Shown: one piece after another, positions 24,269 through 37,542 of the stretch | Numbering within the stretch: the stretch's first letter is position 1 | Layout of the letters: every line of letters starts with the position of its first letter | NCBI RefSeq assembly: GCF_001194135.2 | Contig: NC_068981.1 | Coordinates: 155,795,367-155,859,366, forward strand | Direction of reading: 5' to 3' | Origin: Octopus bimaculoides | Lineage: Eukaryota | Length of the DNA: 64,000 bases | Made by a program: the position numbers and the translations under genes | The notes under the pieces: model-generated | Told to the model about the DNA's origin: nothing | Databases searched by the model: none | Seen by the model: the letters and a program-made list of their open reading frames with translations, nothing else

Positions 24269-25625
24269 TACATACAGAGTCAACTATGCCGCATATATGG
24301 TTTAAATTTTTCTGATGTACGTGTGACAAATTCAAACCAAATGTGCTGTTTAAATCACTATGGGAATTTAAAAAATGCAGATGTACTGCTCTCCAAATTC
24401 GTTGTAATTGTTTTTATATTTGCGTGTGTGTGTGTATGTATGTATGTATGTATGTATGGATGGATGGATGGATGGATGGATGGATGGATGGATGTATAGC
24501 CCAACTTAAAGAGTAAAAGCTCAACCGACTTTAGAACTAGGCAGCATTGCATAATACCCCAGGTACTATACTTTTTATATAAATTTCCTCACCATGCGTT
24601 TAACTTCAGACATTTGAAAGAATTCAATAAAATGTTCTGCAATAAATGTTCTGTAAAAGAATACAATAAAATGTTCTCCTGATGAATATTCCATTAGAGT
24701 TAAGCATTCAAATGCACTTGAAACATTCACTGTTGAGTTGCCGTCAACTACAATGGTGAAACCTGCGTAGAGACTAAATATTTGTTTAGGTGTTTATCTT
24801 ATTTTCGCTACGTATGCTTTCTATAGCATAATTAGTAATACTAGTAAGTAGAGTGGTAGTTTAACCACTGTACTGGAAGCCGAGTAGATTATGATAACCT
24901 ACGTGAAGCTCCAACTCACTAGTAGTAGTCGCACATATAACTGTACACACAAATTATAGTTAGATAAATATAGGTATATAGTTTGTGTTTCAGTGTGTGT
25001 CTTGGTATATGTCGACAAATTTTAAAAACTTATTTGACTGCATCCCTTTATGTCCCGTGCCATAGCAGATCAACTTCTATTTCGATAAAGTACCAGATTG
25101 TGAAAGTGATGGAGTCTATATGATCAACTAAAAGCCTTATAAGCGGTGGCCTAGGATGGCCGCAGTCTAATTACTGAAATCTCTAAACGATTTGTTTTTA
25201 CATTAATAACTTCTGGATATTACTGTATTTAGAGTGATAGCAAGAAACACATGTTGCTAATGAATATTTCATTTAGACATGATATGGCATCATTTTTTTT
25301 TTGTTTTTGCTTCTTCTATCAACCAAGATCTTTGACCTTATCTGAACCTCAACTAGAATTGTGTAAATGCATTTACAATGGTGTTTGATAAAAGTAGAAA
25401 AAATTTATGGCTGTGTAAACAACAGCAAACATTGTGATTGTTAACAAATATATAGTTTAATTTCCTTCTCATAATCCATCAATTAGAATATAAAACGTTT
25501 CATTGTAACGTGACAAGCTAAATTAGGAAATTACGAAAAGAAAACCCAACAAAAACTAACTAAACAACTAAACTGTGACTTCATTAGAGTGGGGGAAACA
25601 GAAGGCAGAAAAGGAGAGAATGAAA

Positions 25626-25685
<60 letters not shown>

Positions 25686-26087
25686 NNNNNNNNNNNNNNN
25701 NNNNNNNNNNNNNNNNNNNNNNNNNNNNNNNNNNNNNNNNNNNNNNNNNNNNNNNNNNNNNNNNNNNNNNNNNNNNNNNNNNNNNNNNNNNNNNNNNNNN
25801 NNNNNNNNNNNNNNNNNNNNNNNNNNNNNNNNNNNNNNNNNNNNNNNNNNNNNNNNNNNNNNNNNNNNNNNNNNNNNNNNNNNNNNNNNNNNNNNNNNNN
25901 NNNNNNNNNNNNNNNNNNNNNNNNNNNNNNNNNNNNNNNNNNNNNNNNNNNNNNNNNNNNNNNNNNNNNNNNNNNNNNNNNNNNNNNNNNNNNNNNNNNN
26001 NNNNNNNNNNNNNNNNNNNNNNNNNNNNNNNNNNNNNNNNNNNNNNNNNNNNNNNNNNNNNNNNNNNNNNNNNNNNNNNNNNNNNNN

Positions 26088-26148
<61 letters not shown>

Positions 26149-27377
26149 TGAATATATGCATACACACGCAAATTGAATATATTTTTTCATAGTTCCAAGT
26201 ATTTTCTAGTTAGTTATTGAGCACTCTCAGTCAGACGATTTAATATCTATTTAGTGTATTTCATGTGAGCCTAATTGCCGCCTAAATTACTCGTAGATAT
26301 TTCATACTTAATATATTTCATAGTTGAGATCTCATGAAGCGGAATATGTTTTCGAAACCAGAAGTAAGATAATTAGAATGAAATAGCTAAAGCTGATAGG
26401 AAATGCATCTGGGAACTATAACATTTCTTAGTGTGATCAAAATCTGAAAAGAACTGTAATACAATGTATCTACTATAGTTAAAATAAGTGGATAGAAAGC
26501 CACAAATTCTGAAAGTATAATCAATCAAATCGAACAAGCTACATGTCTTTAGTAATGTTATCGATCCTGCAACAATGACAGGTAAAGCCAGTTTCATTTG
26601 GATTTGAACTCAGTTACAACTAAAGTAATTCGACAAAGGGAATAAATTCGTGGATGGTTTTACTCTATGAATCAATGCATCAAAAATAATTTCAAATGTG
26701 TTTAACGCTATTTTCATTGCATAAAGACAAACTAAGTTGAAGTTTCACGTTTAAAGTTTTTGAAGTTATAAAAAAGTTTTGTTGTTTGGTGAGCAGGGGG
26801 AGAAAGTACCCATTCCACCCATGTTACCCATGTTACCCTTTTCTTTTAGAAGCTCTCTTACACTGACAAAATTGATGATGTTTAATTTGAGGAAGTAACA
26901 ATATCTTATACAGGCCCTCCTAGATGGTGACATTAATGACAGTGATGTTGAGAAAGTGCCCTTTGTACTCACAGACCCTCCAAAAATGGTGAGAACGATT
27001 ATGAGTGCAGGAAAAGTTGATCAGAAGGGGGATCCCAGAAAGTTGAATTTCGTAGAGAACGGATTGGATAAAGTGATTAGTTTGGAGTCTAAGAGGGCGA
27101 AATACAGTAAGAGTGACAAGTGATGAGGCGACTGTGTCGAGAGGAATTGTATAGGGGTAGTTTGTAACTATTTAGCTCAGATAAGAAGATGCTGTTGCAT
27201 TGGTAAAATGAGTATAGTCCGTATTGTCGGTATAGCCTATAGAATTGGCATAGCCTATACCTGCACTCACTCCAGACAATGGCTATAGGCTAGTGGTTGT
27301 ACTGTGTTATTGAGTCATTATTGATCAGCCCAATTATCGTGGTTGTAGTTGAAAATGCTATTGTTTAGCCTAAGGTC

Positions 27378-27660
27378 ACTCCCAGTCAAGTGAATATATA
27401 TGATTTAAATCCTGTCAGCGCAGGATTTCATCAGCAATCATTCTAACTTGAAAAAACAAGTGATCATCTATGTTGTCACACGTCTAGCTAGAAACAGAGT
27501 TAAAATTTTTATCAAATATCACCCTTCCTGCTTAAAAAAGAACGCAGTGGTTAATATAATCCTGAATTCCTTGTACATAGTAAAAGATCGAAGTCACGGC
27601 TAGAATGCTTTGATCACAGGTCTGCTTGGTCATGGCTGACCTGAAGCTAGACAATAACAA
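27378..27660. mobile_element. Family D copies in inverted arrangement
   Basis: ttgtttagcctaaggtca at the left end and gctgacctgaagctagacaataacaa at the right end. Confidence 0.65.
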
Positions 27661-28487
27661 TTTTTCTTCATAGACTTATGTATCAAAGGACTACATTACC
27701 CAATGTGTCCTTTAACTTTTTTAAAGTTTAATCTGAGACAGGTTTGGTTCATATTTCTGAAAGGCAGACTGACCACGAATTTTTATGTGCGTAGCTGTAG
27801 CACCATACTGGATGCACGAAGAGTATTTCTTTGTGAGTCATACATGAACTTTGTCGTGGTTTAATAGTTAATCATGCATTGTTCATTACACTTAGTTCAA
27901 ATTTTCATTTAAAATGATGTGTTAGCTCAGCTGATTTAAAGCAATTTAGTTATAACCAAAACAAAAACTATTAATGCTCTTTACAATTGAACAGAAATAT
28001 AACCACAATTAACAATTTGTAATTTAGTAATTAGTGAGGTTTACTTTCTTAGTTTCTCTTAAATGAGAACGCATGACAGAGATTAAGAACTACATTTACT
28101 TCGTAAATACACAGCTGCATTTCAGAGATTCGAAGAGACATCAAGTTGTATGTTATGATTTGCGTTTACGTTCTGATAACATATTTAGTCAATAAAATCT
28201 AATCAATAAAACACCAAATTTAATCAATAAACACTTCTTCAAAACACTTCTCTATCACAACCCACCCTACAACCTAATTAGCATTCCACGCAAATCAACA
28301 TATGAAAGGAAGATTTTGATTCAAAAGAGACTGTATGATGCCAAGATTAATTTCATTGCTTTGCAGTCCGACGAAACTTCCAAGTCACTGACAATAATAT
28401 TCTTATGTAAGAATGATAAATTTGTACTCTACGAAAGTATAGAGTAACCCATCAGATTAGTGTAAATAAACATGAAAACAAACATTA

Positions 28488-28561
<74 letters not shown>

Positions 28562-29419
28562 CCAAAGTTTAAAATTTTTAAATTTAAGAGAGAGATTTGA
28601 CGCTAATATCCATTATTAATGTATAAACAAGGAGAACGATCCCTAAGGAGTCTAATTTAGATTTTTTTGCGTTGAAATCTCCTGCTATATTGGTAACGAT
28701 TACATAGTTTTCTATGAAAAATNNNNNNNNNNNNNNNNNNNNNNNNNNNNNNNNNNNNNNNNNNNNNNNNNNNNNNNNNNNNNNNNNNNNNNNNNNNNNN
28801 NNNNNNNNNNNNNNNNNNNNNNNNNNNNNNNNNNNNNNNNNNNNNNNNNNNNNNNNNNNNNNNNNNNNNNNNNNNNNNNNNNNNNNNNNNNNNNNNNNNN
28901 NNNNNNNNNNNNNNNNNNNNNNNNNNNNNNNNNNNNNNNNNNNNNNNNNNNNNNNNNNNNNNNNNNNNNNNNNNNNNNNNNNNNNNNNNNNNNNNNNNNN
29001 NNNNNNNNNNNNNNNNNNNNNNNNNNNNNNNNNNNNNNNNNNNNNNNNNNNNNNNNNNNNNNNNNNNNNNNNNNNNNNNNNNNNNNNNNNNNNNNNNNNN
29101 NNNNNNNNNNNNNNNNNNNNNNNNNNNNNNNNNNNNNNNNNNNNNNNNNNNNNNNNNNNNNNNNNNNNNNNNNNNNNNNNNNNNNNNNNNNNNNNNNNNN
29201 NNNNNNNNNNNNNNNNNNNNNNNNNNNNNNNNNNNNNNNNNNNNNNNNNNNNNNNNNNNNNNNNNNNNNNNNNNNNNNNNNNNNNNNNNNNNNNNNNNNN
29301 NNNNNNNNNNNNNNNNNNNNNNNNNNNNNNNNNNNNNNNNNNNNNNNNNNNNNNNNNNNNNNNNNNNNNNNNNNNNNNNNNNNATATATATATATATATA
29401 AGAGTGTATAAAATATTTT

Positions 29420-29963
29420 TTATATACAAAGAGGAGACCATTGACAGAATTCCTTACATAGCTAAAAAGGCCAGTTAAAACCCAAACCACGGAAAAGAGA
29501 AGGGGTGGCTGCTGGAAGACCCTATGTCTGGTAACAGGACTCTGTACTATGCCACACAAGCAGGAGAACGCAGTCATGGCTGTCAAACAATTTCTACGTC
29601 CACATCATTCCTAACACCTTGCCACCTAACTCCTCAGACTACAATCCCCTTGATTATTATGTGCGGGGCTCAGTTGAGTGAGAGACCAACAAAACTTCTT
29701 GTAACACCAAAAATGAACTGAAGGCAAGGACTAGGGCACCATTCACCAACTTAAACAAGGACACCGTCCAGAAGAGTTACAGGAAATTCTGAAGTCGTCT
29801 GGAGGTCGTGATTGAAGCCAATGGCAATTTTATTGAATAAATTTACTCTTTAGTATTTCAAGATATTGTTGTGTAATCTTGATAAATATATCTGTTAAAA
29901 TGCGACGTCAGAGTTATTTTCCTTTTTGCGTAATTTAGACGGCAATATATTCACCGCACACTG
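29420..29963 (+). mobile_element. 3' half of a Tc1/mariner transposon, DD37D (maT)-like, with right TIR and TA
   Basis: GRPYVW*QDSVLCH...PPNSSDYNPLDYYV...RLEVVIEANGNFIE* (PNSPDLNPLDY-type motif); terminus ...tcaccgcacactg|TA. Confidence 0.85.
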
Positions 29964-30044
29964 TATATATATTCTTTTACTCTTTTACTTGTTTCCCTCA
30001 TTTGATTGCGGCCATACTAGAGCACCGCATATNNNNNNNNNNNN

Positions 30045-30118
<74 letters not shown>

Positions 30119-30212
30119 CAGTGAAAAAACGTTTTTATCTATTTATCTACCTCTCTATCTATTTAAATAGATAGACTGGTAGATAGACAGACAAACAGAC
30201 AAAAAGAGAGAT

Positions 30213-30259
<47 letters not shown>

Positions 30260-31251
30260 AGAAATATATGTAGCATTTTTAAGGCTTAAAGTCTTAAAAT
30301 GTAGACATTAAAGCTCAATAACTTAGTTCGACAAATACGTCCCTCAGTGTTAAAATAACACATTATGATGATAACTTTGCTGTTGTTTGTTTTATTAAGA
30401 CAGCAATAAAGTTTGAACGAGCCTCAGTAACGCAAAAAAGCATTAACTGTTACTCTATAAAGTCTTTTAGAAACGTCTGTTTGGCTTCCCATCTAAACTC
30501 GACTTCCATCTAAACTGGCCGTAGCCAAACAATTCTCCAACGGTAAATAACAAAATTTTTCATTCATTGATTTTCTCCTGAAAGCAGCATTCTCTGTGTA
30601 TTTAGATTCGGCCTGCATTTAATCATCGCTGTAAATAATTATGAACTAATCTGAACCTACCTCATTTTCTGAATCCTCTTACACAAAACCATATGTACTT
30701 GAATACGTATAGCGTTACATTATGCTAGCTAACGTGTGAATAGAGTATATATTGACAGGTAAATGTTGAAGATTTATTTAAAGAAACCTTGAAGCGATTT
30801 TCAGCTCACAGTGAAATAGACAGAACAATAAAAATCAAATTGTGCAGTCCGATAGAATTTTTTTTTTTTTTTTTTAGATGAGACAATAACTCTATACCTA
30901 CTGAGAATAAATGTGAAATGGAATTTACCTCTGAATTGCTCTGAAATAATCTGAAAAATGATAGTTTTAACAAATATTTCTTTATTGCTTAAGATTGAAA
31001 CATAAGAAAACAAGAATATCATATGAATAGCTGGATTACACCGACGTTTAATATTATACCATTTAAATACTTAACAGGTGCACTGAGATGGATAATGCGT
31101 GAATGGATTCTAAAATACTATTCCAGTCAAAATTTTCCTGCTATCTTAAATACTGTTGAAAATGCACTTGTCATTCCATTTACAACCGGTTCTCATTATG
31201 CAGGATATGGAAGATGTTCATTCACATACGCGCGCGCGCACACACAAATTC

Positions 31252-31435
31252 ATACCTACATTCTTATTTGTACCTATCATCATAGTTGCATTAGGTTATG
31301 TACCAACAAATTCGCACAAAATCCTAGATATGTTCGGTTTTGCAGAGAAAGAGCAGAAAAAAACAGTCGCGGATTCCCCAAATCCAATCTATTAGTGGTA
31401 CAGTGAAGATCTGTAAGGCATTTCAAAAATTTTTC
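31252..31435 (+). mobile_element. C-terminal fragment of an R4/Dong-like RLE family (GTVKICK-type end)
   Basis: TFLFVPIIIVALGYVP...MFGFAEKEQKK(fs)QIQSISGTVKICKAFQKF. Confidence 0.82.
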
Positions 31436-31974
31436 ATGCGAGATTCTTATGTGAATAGATGCACACACTTGAGTGTATGCATCGATAGTTCAACCAACAC
31501 ACCAACTCAACCACATATTTACAAACACCGGGAACTATTTTTACTCAAAAAGTCTTGTCTTGTTAGTGAGCTGTTTGAACTTTCTCAAGTACAATTTAAG
31601 TAAAACTCATGCATGTAACTCTCCACCTTAGATGAAGTGGTTTCTGCAACGTGAAGACACCAGAAGAAACGACAAAGATGCAATTGGGATATTAGAATCA
31701 AAATATATTCAGAGTGTTGTTATATTTCGGGATGGTCATTTTTTTTTCTTGCCAAATAAACACACGCACTATATTTTCGCTCTTCACTCGTTTATTATTG
31801 TTCTTATTTTATCTTATGTCCATTGTCTGAAAATCTTTTGTCACCTCTTCAGCGACTCTTTCATCCCACGTGTCGTTGAAGAAGTCACAGATGTGTTACG
31901 AAAGATTTTAGATAATAGGCTTAAGTTAAAATAAGAACAATCATAAACGAGTGAAGAACGAATATATAGTGCGT

Positions 31975-32395
31975 GTGTAACTTCGCATACCAGATGCCAG
32001 TAGGTTTCTGGGTTCATCAGGAGAAAATGCGCACCGTTTCAGGGACCTTCCACCTGACGGTTTTAGAGCGCACCGGCCCACCTTACTGATGTGAGGCCCC
32101 CGCCTACTAGTTCGACTGCCTAGTATTCGATCTCAAGTTCATTTTGGGATCATCATCTCTTCAATCAAGTGTCATTTCTTTGCAGCCATATCCAATGGTT
32201 GGCTCCCCCAACTGTCAATTGGATCTCTTTCAACATGGCGTTTTCTTGCCGATGTTGGACACCAATTGATAGCAGCCACCGTCTCAGTCTAGATCTAATA
32301 AAACCCCTATATCCAACTTCTACAAGGAAGTTCTGTACTCCAACTAGCATCTATAATCTTCTAGTAGTTTCTCATAACACACTTTAATGAACTCC
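31975..32395 (-). mobile_element. HERO-like RLE retrotransposon 3' end with 3' UTR
   Basis: YEKLLEDYRC(fs)...LVEVGYRGFIRSRLRRWLLSIGV...GANHWIWLQRND*, resembling the PVEVGCRGF...WLWLKR C-terminus. Confidence 0.75.
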
Positions 32396-32688
32396 AAAAT
32401 ATTGATGCTAATTGGGAATGTAGCAATGGAATCCAAAGAGGAGTCATTATAATTTTTTTTTTAATTCGGAACTTATCTCATTACATGGTTTTGTTGTAAG
32501 GCTTTTCATTTTGAGATCGTTTTTCGCTGGCCATTAAACTTGTCAAAATAGAGTAGGCGCTACTTATGTATGTCATTATTCAGTTTTATTTCTGGATTTC
32601 TTGCCAATAGAAAAAGAGCCGATGTCTAACCTAGATCCAAGGCTTCTTCATTATAATTTCAACATGAACAACAGGGTATTTTTGCTTG

Positions 32689-32719
<31 letters not shown>

Positions 32720-32775
32720 GTATGTATGTATATGTGCAGATTTGTATGTTTTGTTTTATGTATGTATTCTCGTGT

Positions 32776-33726
32776 ATTGATTTCTTTTTCTGAAAACCCT
32801 ACCTTTTCCGGGTTGTCACTTAGGCGTTTACACACAAAATCAAGCACACCAATTATTACTGGTCTAAATGTGAATTTATAAACTGGATACAGAAGCTGAA
32901 GCTGTTGAAGCAGTTGTGCACAATTATCATCTTCCTCACTGATTTTCAAAGAGATATTCACATCAGTAGGAGAGCTGACCTCTATGACGGTACATAGTTT
33001 TTCTCGTAAGTCCCTAACAGCAATATCCGACCTGTTACGTTTAAACTCGATAGAATTTTTTGATGGATATGTTCCACCAATAATCCTTGTGATGATGTCT
33101 GTGCATGTATTCATTAACAGAGGAATTTTTTTCCAAGACAGTCTCTTTTTTACGAATGGCATTGTATATTGTGTTTGCGACAATGTCGTGTCGCATAGGA
33201 GGTACTACCTCGATCACATTTTAGGTCAGCTATTAACCACGTGTGTGATGACTTCCACTGAAATATGACATAATCTACACTTTCGATTGCATCTTGGAGC
33301 TCCAAGAGCTTCACTGTCTCTTTTGTTTACTAGTTATTTCGTAGCTATCTCCTGTTCTTGAATTGCAAATGCTTCGTTTTTGAAGTGCGATGTGACGTAG
33401 CTGTCACGAGTCCAAGAGAGGTTTAGCTTCATTTTGATATTACTGTTTTCTTCAAGTTTTCGAGAAACATGCCCATTCATAGTCTCTTTTTTTTTTTGAT
33501 ATGCTGAGCGTTTCACATTTAGATATTCTTTGAGATATGTCCGCCTGTTTTGGAGTTGTATGGGCGGTCATCAGGAATAGAGTGCTTCCTGACGAGTTCG
33601 CTACCGACACCTAGGATGTCGTTCTCTTTGTTTTTTAACTCTTAATGTATTTATTTTTGCTGTTGTTGTTTAGGAAGTGCTGTCTACAAGAAACTATTCG
33701 ACATACGAAGGCTGTTTGCACTGGTG
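32776..33726 (-). mobile_element. R4/Dong-like RLE fragment (post-RT, zinc knuckle, endonuclease), bounded by (CATA)n tracts
   Basis: QTAFVCRIVSCRQH, TSHFKNEAFAIQEQEIATK, KCRLCHISVEVITHVVNS, NRSDIAVRD...VIEVSSPTDVN...PVIIG. Confidence 0.9.
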
Positions 33727-33789
33727 TATGTTTGCATGTATGTATTATGTATGTATGTATGTATGTATGTATGTATGCCTGTACGTACG

Positions 33790-33823
<34 letters not shown>

Positions 33824-33861
33824 TGCATGTATGTATGCAAGCATGTATGTATGTATGTATG

Positions 33862-34198
33862 TCTTCTCTTTCTCTTTTTAATATTAGAGTAAATATTGAA
33901 CACCCACCTATTTGGTAGCAACGTTGTGAAAAAAGTATCTTGATTTAATCGTCATCCTTTAAATCTTAAGATGGTCTTGCAGATCTTTATAGTCCTAGAT
34001 ATCATGATCATATGTAGCATATGAATTAAGGATTAGCATTCTCTCTCCAAGATTCCAAGTTCAGCCATACTTTGCTCCAGAATGGTTGATATGTATCCTG
34101 TTGTTCCAATAATAATGGGTTTGAAACTGAAAGCATATCTTGGGTACTGGCAGTCCGAATTCCTTATCAATGGTCCATAGATGTCGTCTTTCTCCTGC
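33862..34198 (-). mobile_element. 3' end and UTR of another copy of the GTVKICK-type RLE family, running into (CATA)n
   Basis: In frame: QEKDDIYGPLIRN...YAFSFKPIIIGTTGYI...SRTIKICKTILRFKG* (stop 33952-33954). Confidence 0.88.
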
Positions 34199-35094
34199 AT
34201 ATACATACATATATATATATATATATANNNNNNNNNNAAACGTTAAAGACTTTTTCACTTTCCGAGCGTTATACTAATACATCTGTTTGTTGTCTACACC
34301 ACCTGTCTTCGTCTTTTTTTTGTGTGTGAATTTCCCTAGGATATCCAAAGTTAATGCAGTACGATCGTTTCATGCGACTCCATTTAATTAAGCAATGTGA
34401 ACATTACATCAAATGTAAAATGCAGAGCAATCCTCAACTGCACAAAGATATAGAAATTTAATGAAATTACATTTCAACAGAAGGACATATTTTTATAACT
34501 ACATTTAAACTCTCCAAGTAGAAAGGAAGAATACAAAAAACCATTCTGACTTAGCCAGACCTTACAGGATATCCTTGCTGCTTATTTTGATTTTAATCAC
34601 CCTATTTTGAAACTGTATGGATAATACCATACTTAATTCTGGTGCCTAAACTTAAGTACCACATTCACCTGAATCTAATTTTTTTACGGAACTCACCCAC
34701 CAAACCGGAATATATATATATATATATGCATATTAATCTGGTTAGCCATAGCAGTACCTATAACCAGTTAGAACTCGGCTGTACATATACTTCACAGTAT
34801 TAGTAAGGTCCACCAGCAGCAACATGTGAAGTGCCTAACATTCTCCGCTCAACACTTTTATATGAACCAGCTGGTCAGTGCAGAGCGTAATATTAATTAA
34901 TAAATGAATGGCCAAAGGATAGGTTCTACATAATCCATTTCATTAGCTTACAGCTGTTTCAGTTACAAGAAACCGTGCATCTGGAGTTGAGCGATACTTC
35001 GATTACTTGTAGCTTCCTCGGAACCACTTCAACGAAGCACCAGAATGTGATAGTGTGTGTGTTTGTACAAGTATGTTTGTGTGTGTATGTACTG

Positions 35095-35126
35095 ATAGAT
35101 AGATAGACAGAGACAGACAGACAGAC

Positions 35127-35182
<56 letters not shown>
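35095..35182. repeat. (GACA)n/(GATA)n microsatellite
   Basis: Direct reading. Confidence 0.95.
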
Positions 35183-35183
<1 letters not shown>

Positions 35184-35643
35184 TAAAGCAAGAAAATTAA
35201 CTGAAATAAAAAACAAAATTTGTCAATATAGTTTAAATATATATTTTTCAAGACACACACACATACACATATAAACATACAATCACAAAGATACGCTCAC
35301 TCACACACACGTAAACATAAACACTCACACAAAAACAAAACAAAAAAAATGCACGCACATGCATACACATGCCAACTCACACACTCACACACCCGCGCAC
35401 AAACTTACATGTAAGTTATTCGTGATTCGCTACATCAGTCAACCCTGCGCCTGAGTATTCAATATTGTTCACGGCCAATTCATGAAACTCAGAGCAACAG
35501 AATGCTATAAGTTGTTATTATAACTAGTAAAGTAATATATTCACTGTTTAATCTATCTAAGGTATTGAGTTCTTTTTCTGTTTTGCTTTGTTCATGAAGT
35601 AACCGTGTACGTAATAACACCTGGAAACATATTACTACATATA

Positions 35644-35696
<53 letters not shown>

Positions 35697-36967
35697 AACA
35701 ACAATAATAATAGTAGTAGTAATNNNNNNNNNNNNNNNNNNNNNNNNNNNNNNNNNNNNNNNNNNNNNNNNNNNNNNNNNNNNNNNNNNNNNNNNNNNNN
35801 NNNNNNNNNNNNNNNNNNNNNNNNNNNNTATATATATATATGTGTATATATATATGTATATACACGCGCGTGCGTGTGTGTGTGTGTGTGTTTGTCTGGC
35901 TGTATGCGTAGTATCATTTGGAAGCTTTTGATGGCTTTATTTTCTCGTTTAGCCTCTACAGTAACGAGGCGTTTCAGTACAGAATTGAATTGATGCATAT
36001 ATAACACAGCAATAATTCAGGATATTGGAATTTTATGTGACGTGCTAGACTCATATAATAAAACATTAATAACATTTCGTATTTCTAACGCAGCTCGAAT
36101 AATAATAATAATAATAACAATAATAATAATAATAATAATAGTAATGATTCTTTTTGTTTATTTATTATTGCCACATATTTATGGACGAGGGGACATTACA
36201 GGGACTGCTTAGAAAATATGTGGGGATTTATACGCAGTTCGAATGAAATGGTAAGTGGAGTTATATAACGTTTATGATGAAAATTCTAAGCGAAATTTCT
36301 TTACATAGGGCCAATGAAGGAACCCCACTGATCCAAGTTTACTCTGGCTACCAAAGTCAGCTACTTTCGCCTAGTTGCATACTCTATAGCATGCTAAGAG
36401 TGAATTCCGTCACTCATTCAATGGTGGGTAATCTCATCCATATTTTACCATATTTACTGGAGGATTACAGTTTCCTCTCTAAAATGAACTAGAAAATGTT
36501 GGTTCTGCGTTGTTGTAAATGTTGTCTCTGTATAACGTTTCTATAGCTACGTCCTCGTTTTCTGAGGAAGGAATACTTTTACTTTCGTCTGTCGTTCTCT
36601 CCTCCCTCACTCCGTTTTTTTGTTTTTATATATATTTTCTCTTTCTTTCTCTTTGCTATGCAGTTCTATCTTGAACGCTGTTATTGTGCTGTTGTTTGCT
36701 ATTTTCTAATTCTGGATTTAAAAATCGCCTCTGCAAATAAAAATTTTAAATTAAAAATACGCAAGTTCCCTCAGAGTTGAATCTTACAATGAAAATATTG
36801 TCACCAAAACTCAGGTGGTCCTCTCTCGTATTCGATTATGCAAAATGTTTCAAATATCTAAACTCCTTCCGGATAAAAAGAGCTAGTATTCGGAGACGAA
36901 GCTCGGCGTGACTTCCAAAAATAACAGTAATAATAATAAAACAGCAGGAAGAAGAAGAAGAAGAATA

Positions 36968-37296
36968 GAGGATTGCGGTTACCATCAGGAGAGACTATGG
37001 GTGAACCCGACTGTAGTGGGTATAGATATTTAGGGATTTTGGAACTGAATGACATTCTACACAGAGAAATGAAAGTCAAGATCAGCGAGGCGTATCAAAA
37101 AAGGGTGAAGACAGTGTTGAAATCCAACCTGAATGCCAAAGATTTGATTACCGCAATGAATATCTGTGCAGTTGCGGTGGTCAGATATAGTGCGTCCATC
37201 CTCAAATGGACTAAGGGGGAAATATCAACGCTGGATAGAAGGACGAGAAAGTTCATGACGCTGCATGGAGTGCTACACCCTAAAGCGAACGTAAAC
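36968..37296 (+). mobile_element. R4/Dong-like RT C-terminal fragment
   Basis: GYRYLGILE...KRVKTVLKSNLNAKDLITAMNICAVAVVRYS...WTKGEISTLDRRTRKFMTLHGVLHPKANV. Confidence 0.9.
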
Positions 37297-37485
37297 GGCC
37301 TGAAATTCTGGGGGTGAGGGTTAATCAACTACACCGATTCCAGTGATCAACAGGTACTTAGTTTATCAATCCAAAAAGGATGAAAGGCAAAGTCCACCTC
37401 GGTGGAATTTGAACTTAGAATGTTAAGACAGACGAAATGCCGCTGAATATTTTGTCTGGAGTGCTAATGGTTCTGTTTGCACTCC
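37297..37485 (-). mobile_element. SINE family A truncating the RT fragment
   Basis: Reverse match: aaggatgaaaggcaaagtccacctcggtggaatttgaacttagaa. Confidence 0.85.

Positions 37486-37540
<55 letters not shown>

Positions 37541-37542
<2 letters not shown>

Noticed and set aside
26850-27125. Partly open frame IQALLDGDINDSDVEK...
   Set aside because: No recognisable motif on either strand; it cannot be assigned.
28600-28722. Minus-strand IAGDFNAK, like the APE endonuclease motif
   Set aside because: A single short motif next to a gap, with no supporting neighbouring motifs visible.
32000-32040. Minus-strand CUGAUGA-accca-GAAAC...GUA in the HERO-like UTR
   Set aside because: No stem II and stem I does not pair.
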